A stretch of 64,000 nt of DNA from the NCBI GenBank assembly GCA_963695545.1, contig OY968796.1:3296001-3360000 (forward strand). Reading direction: 5' to 3'. A model generated the notes under the pieces. That model did no database searches and had not been told where the DNA came from. It worked only from the letters and a program-made list of their open reading frames with translations. Shown piece after piece: positions 30,758 to 41,632 of this stretch. Positions within the stretch are counted from its first letter, which is position 1; each line of letters starts with the position of its first letter. Made by a program: the position numbers and the translations under genes. The stretch is from Terriglobia bacterium (GTDB lineage Bacteria > Acidobacteriota > Terriglobia > Acidiferrales > UBA7541).

Positions 30758-30856
30758 GGGATTCTTCCCGCCTCCGGCGGGCAGGCGACTGCGAGGCGGC
30801 TCGTCCGCGCGGCGCGGACGGGAGAAAACGTGCCGCCTCTCCGCTCAGAATGACGG
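30758..30856. repeat. Composite nested-palindrome intergenic element (REP/MITE-like)
   Basis: GGGATTCTTC...GCTCAGAATGAC ends enclosing CCCGCC/GGCGGG, GAGGCGGC/GCCGCCTC and CGTCCGCG/CGCGGACG stems. Confidence 0.55.
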
Positions 30857-30909
30857 CGTGCTGATGGACGGGCGATACAAAGCATGGCGGGACCGAGTTC
30901 GCGCCGTCG

Positions 30910-31410
30910 CTAATCGTTGAAAAGCTGGGGCTGGGCGGGGAGGGGAGCGGCGGCGGCTTTGCGGCGGGCGATGCCGACTACGCCGAGGACCGTCATTTCG
31001 GCGAGAGCGGCGCGGGGGATGAAGATTTTTATGATGTTGCCGTGGAGATCGGGCGGGGTGATCTGGACGCCGGCGTCGAGGAGGCCGAGGAGATCGTTGG
31101 GGACCACGCCTTCGATGGATTCGCCGTCGTGGAAGCGCAGGCGGACCCAGAGACCGTCGAGCTTGGGGCGCGAGAGAAAGGCTTTGCGCGGGGGCTCGGG
31201 GTCGTCGGTGAATTCGCGGACGAAATAGACGGCGCGGATATCGGTGAGCGCGATCGAGCGGTGCTCGCCATCGGGCGTGAGCAGATCGAGCGATTCGGCG
31301 GAGCCGAGATTCGAGGGGTTCAGATAGCCCTGCACGTGCTTCCGGGCGGCGAGGATGACCTGAGCTTTTTTGCGCGTGGTGGAAACGGTGGCTGGGGGCT
31401 CGCGTTTCAC
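30910..31410 (-). CDS. Conserved hypothetical protein (DUF6982-like)
   Basis: 'IRAVYFVREF', 'RPKLDGLWVRLRFHDGE' and 'IFIPRAAL' resemble the DUF6982 family from memory; divergent from murJ. Confidence 0.65.
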   Translation of the reverse strand: MKREPPATVSTTRKKAQVILAARKHVQGYLNPSNLGSAESLDLLTPDGEHRSIALTDIRAVYFVREFTDDPEPPRKAFLSRPKLDGLWVRLRFHDGESIEGVVPNDLLGLLDAGVQITPPDLHGNIIKIFIPRAALAEMTVLGVVGIARRKAAAAPLPAQPQLFND

Positions 31411-31455
31411 GGAATGGCGCCTCCGCTCCGGTGGCTTGCGCCTTGGGTCCGGAGT

Positions 31456-31485
31456 ATGCTATGGTACCGCCGCCTAAGTTGTCAA
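31456..31485 (-). promoter_or_regulatory. Putative sigma70 promoter for the DUF6982-like gene
   Basis: Minus strand TTGACA-18 nt-TAGCAT. Confidence 0.5.
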
Positions 31486-31526
31486 CCCGTTCTTTTTCAG
31501 AGGCTTAGCCTGAGAGTCGGCCGGCT

Positions 31527-33134
31527 TTGACCCAGCACCGCCAGATCCTTAAATCGGCGTCGGTCATAGCGTTTTTCACGATGATCAGCCGCATTTTGGG
31601 GTACGTGCGCGACGCGCGCCTCACAATGCTGCTGGGGACCTCGATTTCGGCGGATGCGTTTCTGCTGGCGTTTCGCATACCGAACCTGATGCGCCGGATG
31701 CTGGGCGAAGGATCGCTGAACGCGGCGTTCATCCCAGTTTTCACCGATTACATGGAGCACCGCACGCGGGAGGAGATGTGGCGGCTGGCGAATCGAGTTT
31801 TTTGGACGGCGGCGCTGCTGCTTTCCGTGCTGGCGATTTTGGGGATGACGTTTTCGTCGCTGGTGGTGCAGGTGTATTCGGTGCGCGCGCTGCCGCAGCT
31901 TCATTTTTTGGCCACGCATCTGAATCGGATTTTGTTTCTCTACGTTTTTTTTGTGGGATTGGCTTCCGTGGCGATGGCGGTGCTGAACAGTTTTCAGATC
32001 TTCGGCACGCCGGCGGCGGCGCCGATCGCATTGAATGTGACGTTTATTTTGTTCTCGATGAGTTTTCTGCTGAAACGATTTCACAGTCCGGCGGAGGCGC
32101 TGGCGGCGAGCGTGCTGGTCGGGGGGATCGTGCAGTTTCTGATGCAATTGCCGCAGGCGGTGCGGCTGGGGATGCGCTTTGAATTCGGGATATCGTTTCG
32201 CGATCCGGGCGTGCTGCGCGTGGCGAAGCTGATGGTGCCGGCGTTTTTCGGGGTGGGGATCGCGCACATCACGGTGCTGGTGGGGACATTGTTTGCGACG
32301 GACCGGCGCATGCCGGTGGGCAGCCTGACTTCGCTGTACGTGAGCGATCGGATCATGGAACTGGTGCTGGGCGTGTACGCGCTGGCGGTGGCTACGGCGA
32401 TTTTGCCGATGATGTCGCGGCAGGCGGCGCTGCAGGACGTTGGCGGATTGAAGTCGACGCTGATGTTCGCGCTGCGGATCGTGTCGTTTATTACGGTGCC
32501 GGCGGCGGTGGGGTTGGTGGTGCTGCGCGAGCCGATCGTGCAAATTCTTTTCGAGCACGGGAAGTTCGGAGCGGAATCGGTGCGGCTGACGGCGCGTGCG
32601 CTGCTCTATTTCGCGCTGGGGCTGCCGGTTTTTTCGGCCGTGAAATTGATCGTGGCGGCGTTCTATTCGACGCAGGACACGAGGACGCCGGTGCTCACGG
32701 CGTCGGCGGCGCTGGCGGCGAATCTGGCGCTGAACGTGATATTTGTGGCGTGGTGCTTGCGTACGTTGCAGAATGGGGCTCCGGCGCTGGCGGCAGTGCT
32801 GGCCACCTATCTGAATTTTGCGCTGCTGTTCGCGCTGTTGCGATGGAAGATGGGGCCGCTCGGAGCGCGCGCGGTGGCGGCGTCGATCGGGAAGGCGAGC
32901 TTTTGCGCGGCGGTGATGGGCGTGGCGTGTGCAGCGGTATTGCGAGCCGTGCACTTTAATTCCATCGTATACTTCCTGCCTCGTTTGGGAGTGTTTCTGG
33001 CGTTGCTTGCGGGCGGCACTGCGGTATATTTTGGTCTGGCACGAATTTTACGGTGCCGGGAACTGGGCGAGCTCTACGGATTGATTTCTCGTTCGGAGCA
33101 TGGCGCGGCTGCGGCATCGAGCCCGTTGGCATGA
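31527..33134 (+). CDS. murJ: Lipid II flippase MurJ
   Basis: SRILGYVRD, DAFLLAFRIPNLMRR, EG...AFIP and FYSTQDTRTP motifs; many TM helices. Confidence 0.95.
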   Translation: MTQHRQILKSASVIAFFTMISRILGYVRDARLTMLLGTSISADAFLLAFRIPNLMRRMLGEGSLNAAFIPVFTDYMEHRTREEMWRLANRVFWTAALLLSVLAILGMTFSSLVVQVYSVRALPQLHFLATHLNRILFLYVFFVGLASVAMAVLNSFQIFGTPAAAPIALNVTFILFSMSFLLKRFHSPAEALAASVLVGGIVQFLMQLPQAVRLGMRFEFGISFRDPGVLRVAKLMVPAFFGVGIAHITVLVGTLFATDRRMPVGSLTSLYVSDRIMELVLGVYALAVATAILPMMSRQAALQDVGGLKSTLMFALRIVSFITVPAAVGLVVLREPIVQILFEHGKFGAESVRLTARALLYFALGLPVFSAVKLIVAAFYSTQDTRTPVLTASAALAANLALNVIFVAWCLRTLQNGAPALAAVLATYLNFALLFALLRWKMGPLGARAVAASIGKASFCAAVMGVACAAVLRAVHFNSIVYFLPRLGVFLALLAGGTAVYFGLARILRCRELGELYGLISRSEHGAAAASSPLA

Positions 33135-33143
33135 GGAATTCGC

Positions 33144-34040
33144 GTGGAAAGTCTTGCGGCTTCATTTCTGAATTATTTGCAAGTGGAGAAAGGGTTATCG
33201 GCAAACACCATCGGCGGCTACGGGCGGGACCTGCAGAGCTTCGCGGCATTTCTGGAGAAGCGCCGCGTACGGGCGCCCGCGGTGCAGCGCGACGACGTGG
33301 TGGATTATCTCGGCTCGCTCTACCGGCGGAATATGGACAGCCGGTCGGTGGCGCGGCATCTGGTGACGCTGCGCGGATTTTATCGTTTTCTGCTGATCGA
33401 GGATTTGATCAAGTCGGATCCGACGCTGACGCTGGAATCGCCCAAAGTGCGGCGGCGGTTGCCGACATTCTTGCGCGTGGCGGAAGTGGAAAAGCTGCTC
33501 GCGCTGCCCGATCTTTCAACGCTGATCGGCGTGCGCGATCGCGCGATGATCGAGGTGCTCTATTCGAGCGGGCTGCGCGTCTCCGAGCTGATCGGGCTGC
33601 GCGTGAGCGATCTGGACATGCGGACGGGCTCGCTGCGCTGCGTGGGCAAGGGCGACAAAGAGCGCCTGGTGCCCATGGGGCGGCGGGCCATGGCGGCGGT
33701 GGAGCAGTATCTGGCGAGCGCGCGGCCGCTGCTGATGCGCGCGCGCAGGATTCAGGCGCCCGTGCCATTTTTGTTTCTGAATCATCGCGGCGGGAAGCTC
33801 ACACGCTGCGGCGTTTGGAAAGTGCTGGGGGCTTATGGGCGCAAGGCGGGATTGCGTGTGCCGCTGACGCCGCACAAATTGCGGCACAGCTTTGCGACAC
33901 ATTTGCTCGAAGGGGGCGCGGATCTGCGATCGGTGCAATTGATGCTGGGTCACGCGGATATTTCTACGACGCAGATTTATACGCACGTTGTGGAAGAACG
34001 GCTGAAGGCGGTTTACAAGGCGCATCACCCGCGCGCGTAA
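33144..34040 (+). CDS. xerD: Tyrosine recombinase XerD
   Basis: EKGLSANT, GLRVSEL, GKGDKERLVP, HKLRHSFATHLL and LGHADISTTQIYTHV motifs. Confidence 0.92.
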   Translation: MESLAASFLNYLQVEKGLSANTIGGYGRDLQSFAAFLEKRRVRAPAVQRDDVVDYLGSLYRRNMDSRSVARHLVTLRGFYRFLLIEDLIKSDPTLTLESPKVRRRLPTFLRVAEVEKLLALPDLSTLIGVRDRAMIEVLYSSGLRVSELIGLRVSDLDMRTGSLRCVGKGDKERLVPMGRRAMAAVEQYLASARPLLMRARRIQAPVPFLFLNHRGGKLTRCGVWKVLGAYGRKAGLRVPLTPHKLRHSFATHLLEGGADLRSVQLMLGHADISTTQIYTHVVEERLKAVYKAHHPRA

Positions 34041-34172
34041 GCGCGCGCGGAGAAACGCTCGCGAATAACAGAAGCGGTGCACCTGACGGACGTCGCGTCA
34101 GCCGGCCCCGATGGAGATGCGGCCCGCGACCATTTGGACTTCGATCGCCGGGCCCCGAGGAAAAACAAACGT

Positions 34173-35738
34173 ATGCCTGATTACATGTTCTTGCTCGAAA
34201 GCCGCCTTTCGGCCGAGCAGCGCGCGGCTGTGCAGCGAATGCAGGAGCTGGCCGTCGCGACCGAATCAAATCTTTATCTGACCGGCGGCGCGGTGCGCGA
34301 TCTGATTTCGGGAATGCCGATTCGCGATCTCGATTTTGTGACCGAAGGAAATCCTTCGCGGCTGGCGCATGAACTCGAGAAGGGCGGGGCGCGCATCGTG
34401 CATGAGGACGAGCGTCTGCGAACGCTGGATCTGGATCTGGCCGGCGACGTGGAGGCGAGTTTGTCGGCGGCGCGCGATGAAGTCTATGCGCGGCCGGGGG
34501 CGAAGCCGGAAACGCGCTGGTCGACGGTGATGGAGGATTTGCGGCGGCGCGATTTTTCGCTGAACGCGATTGCTATTTCGCTGAATGTGGCGTCGCGCGG
34601 TCTGCTGCTCGATCCGACCAACGGGCTGGCGGATCTCGAACGGCGCGAGGTGCGCGCGCTTTCGATTCACAGCTTCACGAATCAGCCGGTGCGCTTGCTG
34701 CGCGCGGTGCGTTATGCGGCGCGCATGGGATTCAAGATCGAGCAGCGGACCAGCGAATGGATGGCGCTGGCGTTCGAGCGCGGAATGGACAAATCGATTC
34801 CGGCGGAGGACGCGGGCGCGGAGCTGTGGGACGTCGCGCGGGAGGAAAAGCCGGCGGTGATTCTGAAAGCGTGGGAAGCGCGGGGATTGCTCGCCGCGAT
34901 TCATCCGCAACTCGCGCGACGCCATCCGGACTACGAAGCGATTACGCGGATTCTGCGCGCGCGGGAAGAATTGCTTTCGGCGGGGCTGCGGCCGCGGCTT
35001 GTGGTGCCGGTGCTCCGAGCGGTGCTCGGGCGGTTGAAAGATCGGGAGCGGCGCGCGCTGCTGGTGCGGTTGGGATTCCGCGCGAAGGTCATCGAGGCCG
35101 TGACGGGCCTTGAAGGCGAGGCCAACAAATTCGCGAAGCTGCTGGGGTCCCGCAAGACGGCGGTTCCCGCGGACGCGTATGCCGCGCTGGTCGATGCGCC
35201 GGAAGACATACTGGCTTTTATTCTGGCGGAATCAAACAACAAGAAGGCCGTGGGCAAGATCAAGAATTTCCTGCACAAGTGGCGTCCCTTGCGGCAAATG
35301 CTGCCGGGAGTGGAAAACGAACTCGCAGTGCTGGGCATGGCGCGCGGACCGAAGTTCGATAAGGTCATCAGGGAATTTTTTGCGCTGCAACTGGAAGGGC
35401 GCGCGCGCAAACCGGAAGAGCACGAGAAACTGTTGCGCAAACTGGCGGGCATAAAAGAGCCTCCGAAGAAGAAGGTCGAAAAGGAAAAAAGAAAGAAGCT
35501 GGTGGCGGATCTCTCGAAGCGCACGCCCTCGCAGAAAATCCCAGCGGCTTCTGAGACTGAGTCGCCCGCGAAGGCTGCCGCTGCCGCTCCGGCTGCGCCT
35601 CCCGCGAAGACTGCGGCGCGGCCTGCCGCGAAGAGCGCGTCGAAGTCAGCGCCGAAGACCAAGAAGGCGGCGGCCAAGAAGGCGCCTGCGAAGAAGAGCA
35701 GCAAGAAAACGAGCAAGAAAAAATCTCGGCGCCGCTAG
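34173..35738 (+). CDS. Class II tRNA nucleotidyltransferase/poly(A) polymerase family protein with Lys/Ala-rich tail
   Basis: GGAVRD, DLD, AR.E.Y loop and RRDFSLNA motifs; motif D variant NQPVR; histone-H1-like C-terminus. Confidence 0.82.
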   Translation: MPDYMFLLESRLSAEQRAAVQRMQELAVATESNLYLTGGAVRDLISGMPIRDLDFVTEGNPSRLAHELEKGGARIVHEDERLRTLDLDLAGDVEASLSAARDEVYARPGAKPETRWSTVMEDLRRRDFSLNAIAISLNVASRGLLLDPTNGLADLERREVRALSIHSFTNQPVRLLRAVRYAARMGFKIEQRTSEWMALAFERGMDKSIPAEDAGAELWDVAREEKPAVILKAWEARGLLAAIHPQLARRHPDYEAITRILRAREELLSAGLRPRLVVPVLRAVLGRLKDRERRALLVRLGFRAKVIEAVTGLEGEANKFAKLLGSRKTAVPADAYAALVDAPEDILAFILAESNNKKAVGKIKNFLHKWRPLRQMLPGVENELAVLGMARGPKFDKVIREFFALQLEGRARKPEEHEKLLRKLAGIKEPPKKKVEKEKRKKLVADLSKRTPSQKIPAASETESPAKAAAAAPAAPPAKTAARPAAKSASKSAPKTKKAAAKKAPAKKSSKKTSKKKSRRR

Positions 35739-35794
35739 CCTAGCGCGAGAGCGCGGCTATCGCGGCAGTTCATTCCGAGTTAGAATGAGCCGAC

Positions 35795-38700
35795 ATGGCG
35801 GACCCGCGTTTCGTCCATCTTCATCTGCACACCGATTACAGCCTTCTCGACGGGGCTTGCGAAATAGGACAATTGGTTGAAGAGACCGCGCGGCGGAGCA
35901 TGCCTGCCGTGGCCGTCACCGATCACGGGAATTTGTTCGCCGCGGAGGCGTTCTATCACGCGGCCGTGACGCGCGGCGTGAAACCCATCATTGGCTGCGA
36001 AGTTTACGTGGCGCGCGGCAGCCGGCTCGATCGCGGCAATTCCGATTCGGGGCCGCGCGATGCCAACGCCGACGCCGGCGCGCGCGGCTCGAACCACTTG
36101 GTACTGCTTTGCGAAAACGACGAGGGTTATCACAATCTCGTGCAGCTGGTAACCGCGGGATTCCTCGAAGGTTTTTATTACAAGCCGCGCATTGACTACG
36201 ATCTGCTTGCAAAACACAGCAGCGGATTGATCGCGCTATCGGCCTGCTTGCGCGGCGCGGTCACCGAGCATGTGATGGACGAGCGCTACAAGGAAGCAGG
36301 CGAGGCCGCACATCGCTTGCAGGATATTTTCGGCAAAGGCCGCTTCTTCCTGGAGATTCAGGATCAGGGCATTGAAATCGAGAAGCGCGTGAATCGCGAC
36401 CTGGTGCGCCTCTCGCGCGAGACCGGCATTCCGCTGGTGGCCACGAACGATTGCCACTACCTGACGCAGGCCGATGCGCGCGCGCAAGAAGTGCTGCTCT
36501 GCATTCAGACCGGCAAGACCATGAGCGATCCGAAGCGCATGAAATTTGCGACGGATCAATTCTTTTTCAAGACGGCGCAGGAGATGGCGCAGGTTTTTGC
36601 CGAGCTTCCGGACGCGCTTGAGCGCACGGCGGAGATCGCCGACCGATGTCACGTAAAAATCGAGGCGGTGCGCAATCCGTTTCCCGCGTTCGAGGTTCCG
36701 GAGGGTCACACGCTCGATAGTTATTTCGAGCGCGTGGTGCGCGAGGGTTTTGCCGAGCGCGTGCCGCATCTGGAAGCGCTGGCGAGCGAAGGCCGGCTGC
36801 GCCGACCGCTGGTTGAGTACGAGCGGCGTCTCTCCGACGAAATCCAGATGATCAAGCAGATGCGCTACGCGGGATATTTCCTGATCGTGTGGGATTTCAT
36901 CCGCTACGCGCGGGCGCAGGGCGTGCCGGTGGGCCCGGGGCGCGGCTCGGCGGCGGGCAGCCTTGCGAGCTTCGCGCTGCGCATCACGGATGTCGATCCG
37001 CTGCTTTACGATTTGATTTTCGAGCGCTTCCTGAATCCGGAGCGTGTCTCGATGCCCGATATCGACATCGATTTTTGCATGCGGCGCCGCGGCGAAGTGA
37101 TCGAGTATGTGACGAACAAATACGGCCGCGGCAACGTCGCGCAGATCATCACCTTCGGCACGATGGCCGCGAAGGCCGCGATCAAGGACGTGGGGCGCGC
37201 GATGGACGTGCCGTACGGGGAAGTGGATCGCATCGCCAAGCTGGTCCCGAATCAGTTGAATATCGAGCTTGAGGATGCGCTTTCGCAATCCTCGCAATTG
37301 CGCGCGGCGGTTGATTCAGACGAGCGCTACAAAGGGATGATGGAAATCGCACTGCGTCTCGAAGGGCTGGTGCGCCATCCTTCCACGCACGCAGCCGGCG
37401 TGGTGATCTCTCAGCAGCCGCTCACCGAAATTCTGCCGCTCTACAAGACGAATCGCGATGAAATCACCACGCAATATTCAATGGAGGGGCTGGAGCGGCT
37501 GGGCTTGCTGAAGATGGATTTTCTTGGGCTGACGACGCTCACCGTGCTCGACGATACGGTCAGGCTGATCCGCCAGAATCGCGGAGCGGAGGTCGCGCTC
37601 GACACGCTTCCGCTGGACGACGCGCCGACGTATCAACTTTTCGCGCGCGGCGATACCACTGCGATTTTTCAATTTGAATCGCACGGTATGCGCGACATTC
37701 TGCGGCGCTATCAACCGACGCGTTTGGAGGATTTGACCGCGCTCAATGCGCTCTATCGCCCGGGCCCGATTCAGGGTGGGATGATCGACGATTTCATCTC
37801 GCGAAAACACGGCAAGAAGAAAGTCACCTACGATTTGCCCGAGCTCAAGGAAATTCTGGAAGAGACTTACGGCGTGATGCTGTATCAGGAGCAGGTGATG
37901 CGCATCGCCAGCCGCCTTGCGGGCTTCACGCTCGGGGAAGCCGATCTTCTGCGCCGCGCGATGGGCAAGAAAAAGCGCGAGGAAATGGCCGCGCAACGCG
38001 AGAAGTTTATCGCCGGGTGCGCCGCGAACAAGATTGCGTCGAAAAAAGCCGAACGCATTTTCGATCTGATGGCGGAATTCGCCGGCTACGGCTTCAACAA
38101 ATCCCATTCGTGCGCGTATGCGCTGCTGGCCTATCAGACGGCCTACTTGAAGACGCACTATCCAGTCGAGTTCATGACCGCGCTGCTGACCTCGGAAACG
38201 GGCAACACGGAAAAAGTGGTGAAGTACATCCACGAATCGCGCGGCATGGGAATCACCGTAATGCCGCCGGACGTGAATTCAAGCGACCTTGATTTTACGC
38301 CCGTGGGCGACGCGATTCGCTTCGGGTTGCGCGCCATCAAGAATGTCGGCGAAAACACGGTGCGCGGAATTCTGGAAGCGCGCGCGGAGCTCGGGCGATT
38401 CACTTCGCTTTTCCAATTCACCGATGCGGTGGATTCGCGGCTGCTGAATCGGCGCGTGCTTGAAAGCCTGATCAAATCCGGCGCGCTCGATTCACTGGGC
38501 AATCCGCGCGCGCAGATGTTCGCCGCGATCGATCGCGCCATGGAGCGCGGGCAGCGGCGCCAACGCGATCGGACGAGCGGCCAGAGTGGGCTTTTCGGCG
38601 CAGCAGCTGCAGCCGCGGCGCCGGCGGAAGAACCGCTGCCCGACGCCGAGGAATGGGCGGAGCACGAATTGCTGGCCTCGGAATTCGCGACGCTTGGTTT

Positions 38701-39298
38701 TTACATATCGGGGCATCCGCTCGCGAAGCATGCGGGCCGCCTGAAGGATTTGGGCGTGACCGATCTCTCGCTGCTGGAAGGACGCCGCAACGGCGAAGAG
38801 ATCACCGTGGCCGGGATCGTGGTGAGCACGCGGCCGATGCGCTCGCGCAAAGGCGATCGCTGGGCGATCGTTAGTTTGCAGGACATGACGGCGGCCGCTG
38901 AAGTTCTGGCATTCCCGGAAGCGTATGCGCGACTCGAAGCCACGCTTAAATCAAATGGGCCGCTGGTGCTCAAGGCGCGCGTAAACGTGGAAGAAGTCGG
39001 CACGCGACTGGTGGTTATGGAGGCGCGAGTGCTTGAGGGCGCGCCGGGCGGTGTGCGGGCGCTGCGCGTGCGCGTGAATTTGGCGGGGGGCATGGACGAA
39101 TTCACGCTCGACCGTTTGCAAGAGCTGTTCGTCGCGAAGCCTGGGCAGTGCCCGGTGGTGTTCGATCTGCTTTCGGCCGACGGTTCGGCCGCAACGCTGC
39201 GCGCGCAGCAGCGCGTTCGCGTGGACGAAGATCTGCTGGTGGCCGTGCGCGCGATGTGCGGCGCAGATGCCGTCGAGCTCGATCGGAGCGCGACGTAA
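35795..39298 (+). CDS. dnaE: DNA polymerase III alpha subunit
   Basis: PHP motif [40 protein letters not shown] fold; no intein. Confidence 0.97.
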   Translation: MADPRFVHLHLHTDYSLLDGACEIGQLVEETARRSMPAVAVTDHGNLFAAEAFYHAAVTRGVKPIIGCEVYVARGSRLDRGNSDSGPRDANADAGARGSNHLVLLCENDEGYHNLVQLVTAGFLEGFYYKPRIDYDLLAKHSSGLIALSACLRGAVTEHVMDERYKEAGEAAHRLQDIFGKGRFFLEIQDQGIEIEKRVNRDLVRLSRETGIPLVATNDCHYLTQADARAQEVLLCIQTGKTMSDPKRMKFATDQFFFKTAQEMAQVFAELPDALERTAEIADRCHVKIEAVRNPFPAFEVPEGHTLDSYFERVVREGFAERVPHLEALASEGRLRRPLVEYERRLSDEIQMIKQMRYAGYFLIVWDFIRYARAQGVPVGPGRGSAAGSLASFALRITDVDPLLYDLIFERFLNPERVSMPDIDIDFCMRRRGEVIEYVTNKYGRGNVAQIITFGTMAAKAAIKDVGRAMDVPYGEVDRIAKLVPNQLNIELEDALSQSSQLRAAVDSDERYKGMMEIALRLEGLVRHPSTHAAGVVISQQPLTEILPLYKTNRDEITTQYSMEGLERLGLLKMDFLGLTTLTVLDDTVRLIRQNRGAEVALDTLPLDDAPTYQLFARGDTTAIFQFESHGMRDILRRYQPTRLEDLTALNALYRPGPIQGGMIDDFISRKHGKKKVTYDLPELKEILEETYGVMLYQEQVMRIASRLAGFTLGEADLLRRAMGKKKREEMAAQREKFIAGCAANKIASKKAERIFDLMAEFAGYGFNKSHSCAYALLAYQTAYLKTHYPVEFMTALLTSETGNTEKVVKYIHESRGMGITVMPPDVNSSDLDFTPVGDAIRFGLRAIKNVGENTVRGILEARAELGRFTSLFQFTDAVDSRLLNRRVLESLIKSGALDSLGNPRAQMFAAIDRAMERGQRRQRDRTSGQSGLFGAAAAAAAPAEEPLPDAEEWAEHELLASEFATLGFYISGHPLAKHAGRLKDLGVTDLSLLEGRRNGEEITVAGIVVSTRPMRSRKGDRWAIVSLQDMTAAAEVLAFPEAYARLEATLKSNGPLVLKARVNVEEVGTRLVVMEARVLEGAPGGVRALRVRVNLAGGMDEFTLDRLQELFVAKPGQCPVVFDLLSADGSAATLRAQQRVRVDEDLLVAVRAMCGADAVELDRSAT

Positions 39299-40254
39299 TG
39301 GCGCGCGATCACAAGCGCGAGATGGAGAAGCTCGAGCGCGAGGTGCAGAAGCTTCGCCGTCTGGCCGCGCACGAATTGCCGGAGCGCGAAGAGGACCTCG
39401 AGCGGCTGCGCGAGGAAGTGACCGCGCTGCGCCGCGAGTTTCACGATCACATGAGCGCATGGCAGCGCGTGCAACTGGCGCGCCACGCGCAGCGGCCTTA
39501 CATGCTCGATTACGTTCGGCTGCTCTTCGAGGATTTCAACGAAATGCACGGCGATCGCTCGTTCGGCGACGATCCCGCGCTGATCGGCGGCTGGGCGAAA
39601 TTCCGCGGACGGCCGGTGATGTTGATCGGCCAGCAAAAAGGGCGCGACACAAAGCAGCGCGTCGCGCGCAATTTCGGGCAGGTCAAGCCCGAGGGCTATC
39701 GCAAAGCCCTGCGCTTGATGCAGCTCGCCGCGAAATTCAATCGTCCGATCTTCACGTTCGTGGATACGCCGGGCGCTTATCCGGGCGTTGATGCCGAGGA
39801 GCGCGGCCAGGCGGAAGCCATTGCGCGCGTTCTGCGAGAAATGGCGCGGCTGCCCGTGCCCATCGTGGTGATCATCACGGGCGAAGGCGGATCGGGCGGC
39901 GCGCTGGCCATCGCCGTGGGCGACCGCGTACTGATTCTCGAGAACGCGATTTACTCCGTGATTTCGCCCGAAGGATGCGCTTCGATTCTGTGGCGCGACG
40001 CTGGGAAAGCGGAGATTGCCGCCGAGGCGCTCAAGATCACGGCGCCGGAACTGATCGAGCTCGGGTTGGTGGATCGCATCGTTCGCGAGCCCGATGGCGG
40101 CGCGCATTTGGATCACGAAGCCGCGGCTGCTCTCCTGGCTCCCGTGCTCGAAGGGTCGCTCGGCGAGCTGTCTTCGCTCAGCACCGCCGATCTTCTCGCG
40201 CAGCGCTACGAAAAATTCCGGCACATGGGACAATTCTTCGCTCCTACCGATTAG
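39298..40254 (+). CDS. accA: Acetyl-CoA carboxylase carboxyltransferase alpha
   Basis: [35 protein letters not shown] and SVISPEGCA motifs; ATG overlaps the dnaE stop. Confidence 0.96.
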   Translation: MARDHKREMEKLEREVQKLRRLAAHELPEREEDLERLREEVTALRREFHDHMSAWQRVQLARHAQRPYMLDYVRLLFEDFNEMHGDRSFGDDPALIGGWAKFRGRPVMLIGQQKGRDTKQRVARNFGQVKPEGYRKALRLMQLAAKFNRPIFTFVDTPGAYPGVDAEERGQAEAIARVLREMARLPVPIVVIITGEGGSGGALAIAVGDRVLILENAIYSVISPEGCASILWRDAGKAEIAAEALKITAPELIELGLVDRIVREPDGGAHLDHEAAAALLAPVLEGSLGELSSLSTADLLAQRYEKFRHMGQFFAPTD

Positions 40255-40266
40255 TGAGAGGCGGCC

Positions 40267-40770
40267 ATGTTTTGCGATGGATGCGGTGCCGCAATGTCCG
40301 CAGAGCAGACATTCTGCGGCGCGTGCGGTAAGCAAATCGGGATCGCGCCGAATCCGGCTGTGCCGCCGCCCGCCGCAATTGACGGCCGTGTCGCAAAGCA
40401 CCTAACGATCGTCGCAATGCTTTGGATCGCGATCGCGTCCCTGACGCTGCTGATTGGTCTCGGCCTCTGCGCCGTAGGTGCGTTCCCGTTCGGCCGTTTC
40501 ATTCCCGAAGACGCCGCGCCGGGCGTGGCCAACATCATCCACTTTGTTCTCCTCGGGATCGGCGTAGTTGTTGTGCTGATCGCGGGCGTGCACTTTCTCG
40601 CTGCGTGGGGACTGTTTCGTCACGCAGAGTGGGCGCGCGTCCTGACGATTGCGTTCGCGTTCCTCCGTCTGCTTGAGTTTCCGCTTGGGACCGCTCTCGG
40701 GATTTACACCATTTGGGTTCTGATGGGCCCTGCCTCCGAAAAAGAATACCGCGCGCTCGGCCCGGCTTGA
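40267..40770 (+). CDS. Zinc-ribbon membrane protein
   Basis: CDGC...CGAC N-terminus followed by about 4 TM helices, 'FPLGTALGIYTIWVL'. Confidence 0.78.
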   Translation: MFCDGCGAAMSAEQTFCGACGKQIGIAPNPAVPPPAAIDGRVAKHLTIVAMLWIAIASLTLLIGLGLCAVGAFPFGRFIPEDAAPGVANIIHFVLLGIGVVVVLIAGVHFLAAWGLFRHAEWARVLTIAFAFLRLLEFPLGTALGIYTIWVLMGPASEKEYRALGPA

Positions 40771-40945
40771 GCGATCTCGAAGGCGCGACAGCGCTCGTCG
40801 ACAATTGCCATTCGCCACGCGTTTCTTCATGTTGAAATTGCCGGGTTGCGGCATTGTCCGATTGGCGTCACCGTCTCCCGCGGTCGTTGTTGCGCGTGCG
40901 CGTGTGCCGTAGCCTTATTCTTTGCGACGTGGGGAGCGCCTCTCA

Positions 40946-41320
40946 GTGCCGACCGACGATAAGTCCGGAAAAGTCCACGACGACAAGGACGGCCACGGCG
41001 AAGTCTTTCGCCACTTTGAGCGTCTGGTTGAGATCAAGGTGCTCGGCAAGACCTTCAGCGTCCCCGAGAAAAATACTCTTCTGCGGGGGTTCCAGTACCT
41101 TAGCCCGGAGACCATCCCGTACGGGCGTTTCTGTTGGAACCAGGAGTGCCAATATTGCCGGGTGGTTGCGAAGCTGCCCGACGACCTGGATGCACACGAG
41201 ATGCTAAGCTGTAAGTTCCTCGTGTTCAGCGGTTTAGAGGTTGTGGACGTGAGCGACGAACTCAGGCTATGCCTCCGCGCGCTGCTCCCGCCCAAGCGGC
41301 GGGGGGCCCGGGGGAAATAG
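40946..41320 (+). CDS. Small 2Fe-2S cluster protein (Fer2_4-like)
   Basis: C-x4-C-x2-C (CWNQECQYC) plus distal LSC; beta-grasp-like N-terminus; start uncertain. Confidence 0.7.
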   Translation: MPTDDKSGKVHDDKDGHGEVFRHFERLVEIKVLGKTFSVPEKNTLLRGFQYLSPETIPYGRFCWNQECQYCRVVAKLPDDLDAHEMLSCKFLVFSGLEVVDVSDELRLCLRALLPPKRRGARGK

Positions 41321-41536
41321 GAACGGACATACGGTAATCGTTTACGCCTGGTCGTGCTCGGGCGGCCAGCCAATAAAATATCGGAATTTTTCATCGAAAA
41401 TCTCAGTTAGTGGTATTATAGCTTTGAGCGGGAGGCATGTTTGATCGCTCTCCGACCGCAACCTTTGTGAGGGCGGCGGGTTGGAATATCTTGTAGCGGT
41501 GAAGAGTTTAGCGAGTTTAAAAGAAGCAGCAAGTTT

Positions 41537-41632
41537 GCCGGTGCTCGGGCGCACCCTACCACCCCGGAGCCTCCTTACGCCCAGTGCCGGCAGAAAGGGC
41601 GTCTCAAGCGATTGGGACGCCCTTTTCCTTTT
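41537..41632 (+). ncRNA. Candidate small RNA: long hairpin with C-rich anti-SD loop plus intrinsic terminator (5' end unknown)
   Basis: Stem GCCGGTGCT-C-GGGCG/CGCCC-AGTGCCGGC around a loop containing CCTCCTT; followed by terminator. Confidence 0.5.
41594..41632 (+). terminator. Intrinsic terminator
   Basis: AAAGGGCGTCTCAA-GCGA-TTGGGACGCCCTTT stem with GNRA loop and T-rich tail. Confidence 0.82.

Noticed and set aside
33144..34040. Tyrosine recombinase as a phage or island integrase
   Set aside because: Sequence and context (murJ, dnaE) fit chromosomal XerD; no att sites or cargo seen
35795..39298. Intein or split in dnaE
   Set aside because: Normal length (1167 aa) with continuous motifs; only a short loop insertion in the PHP domain
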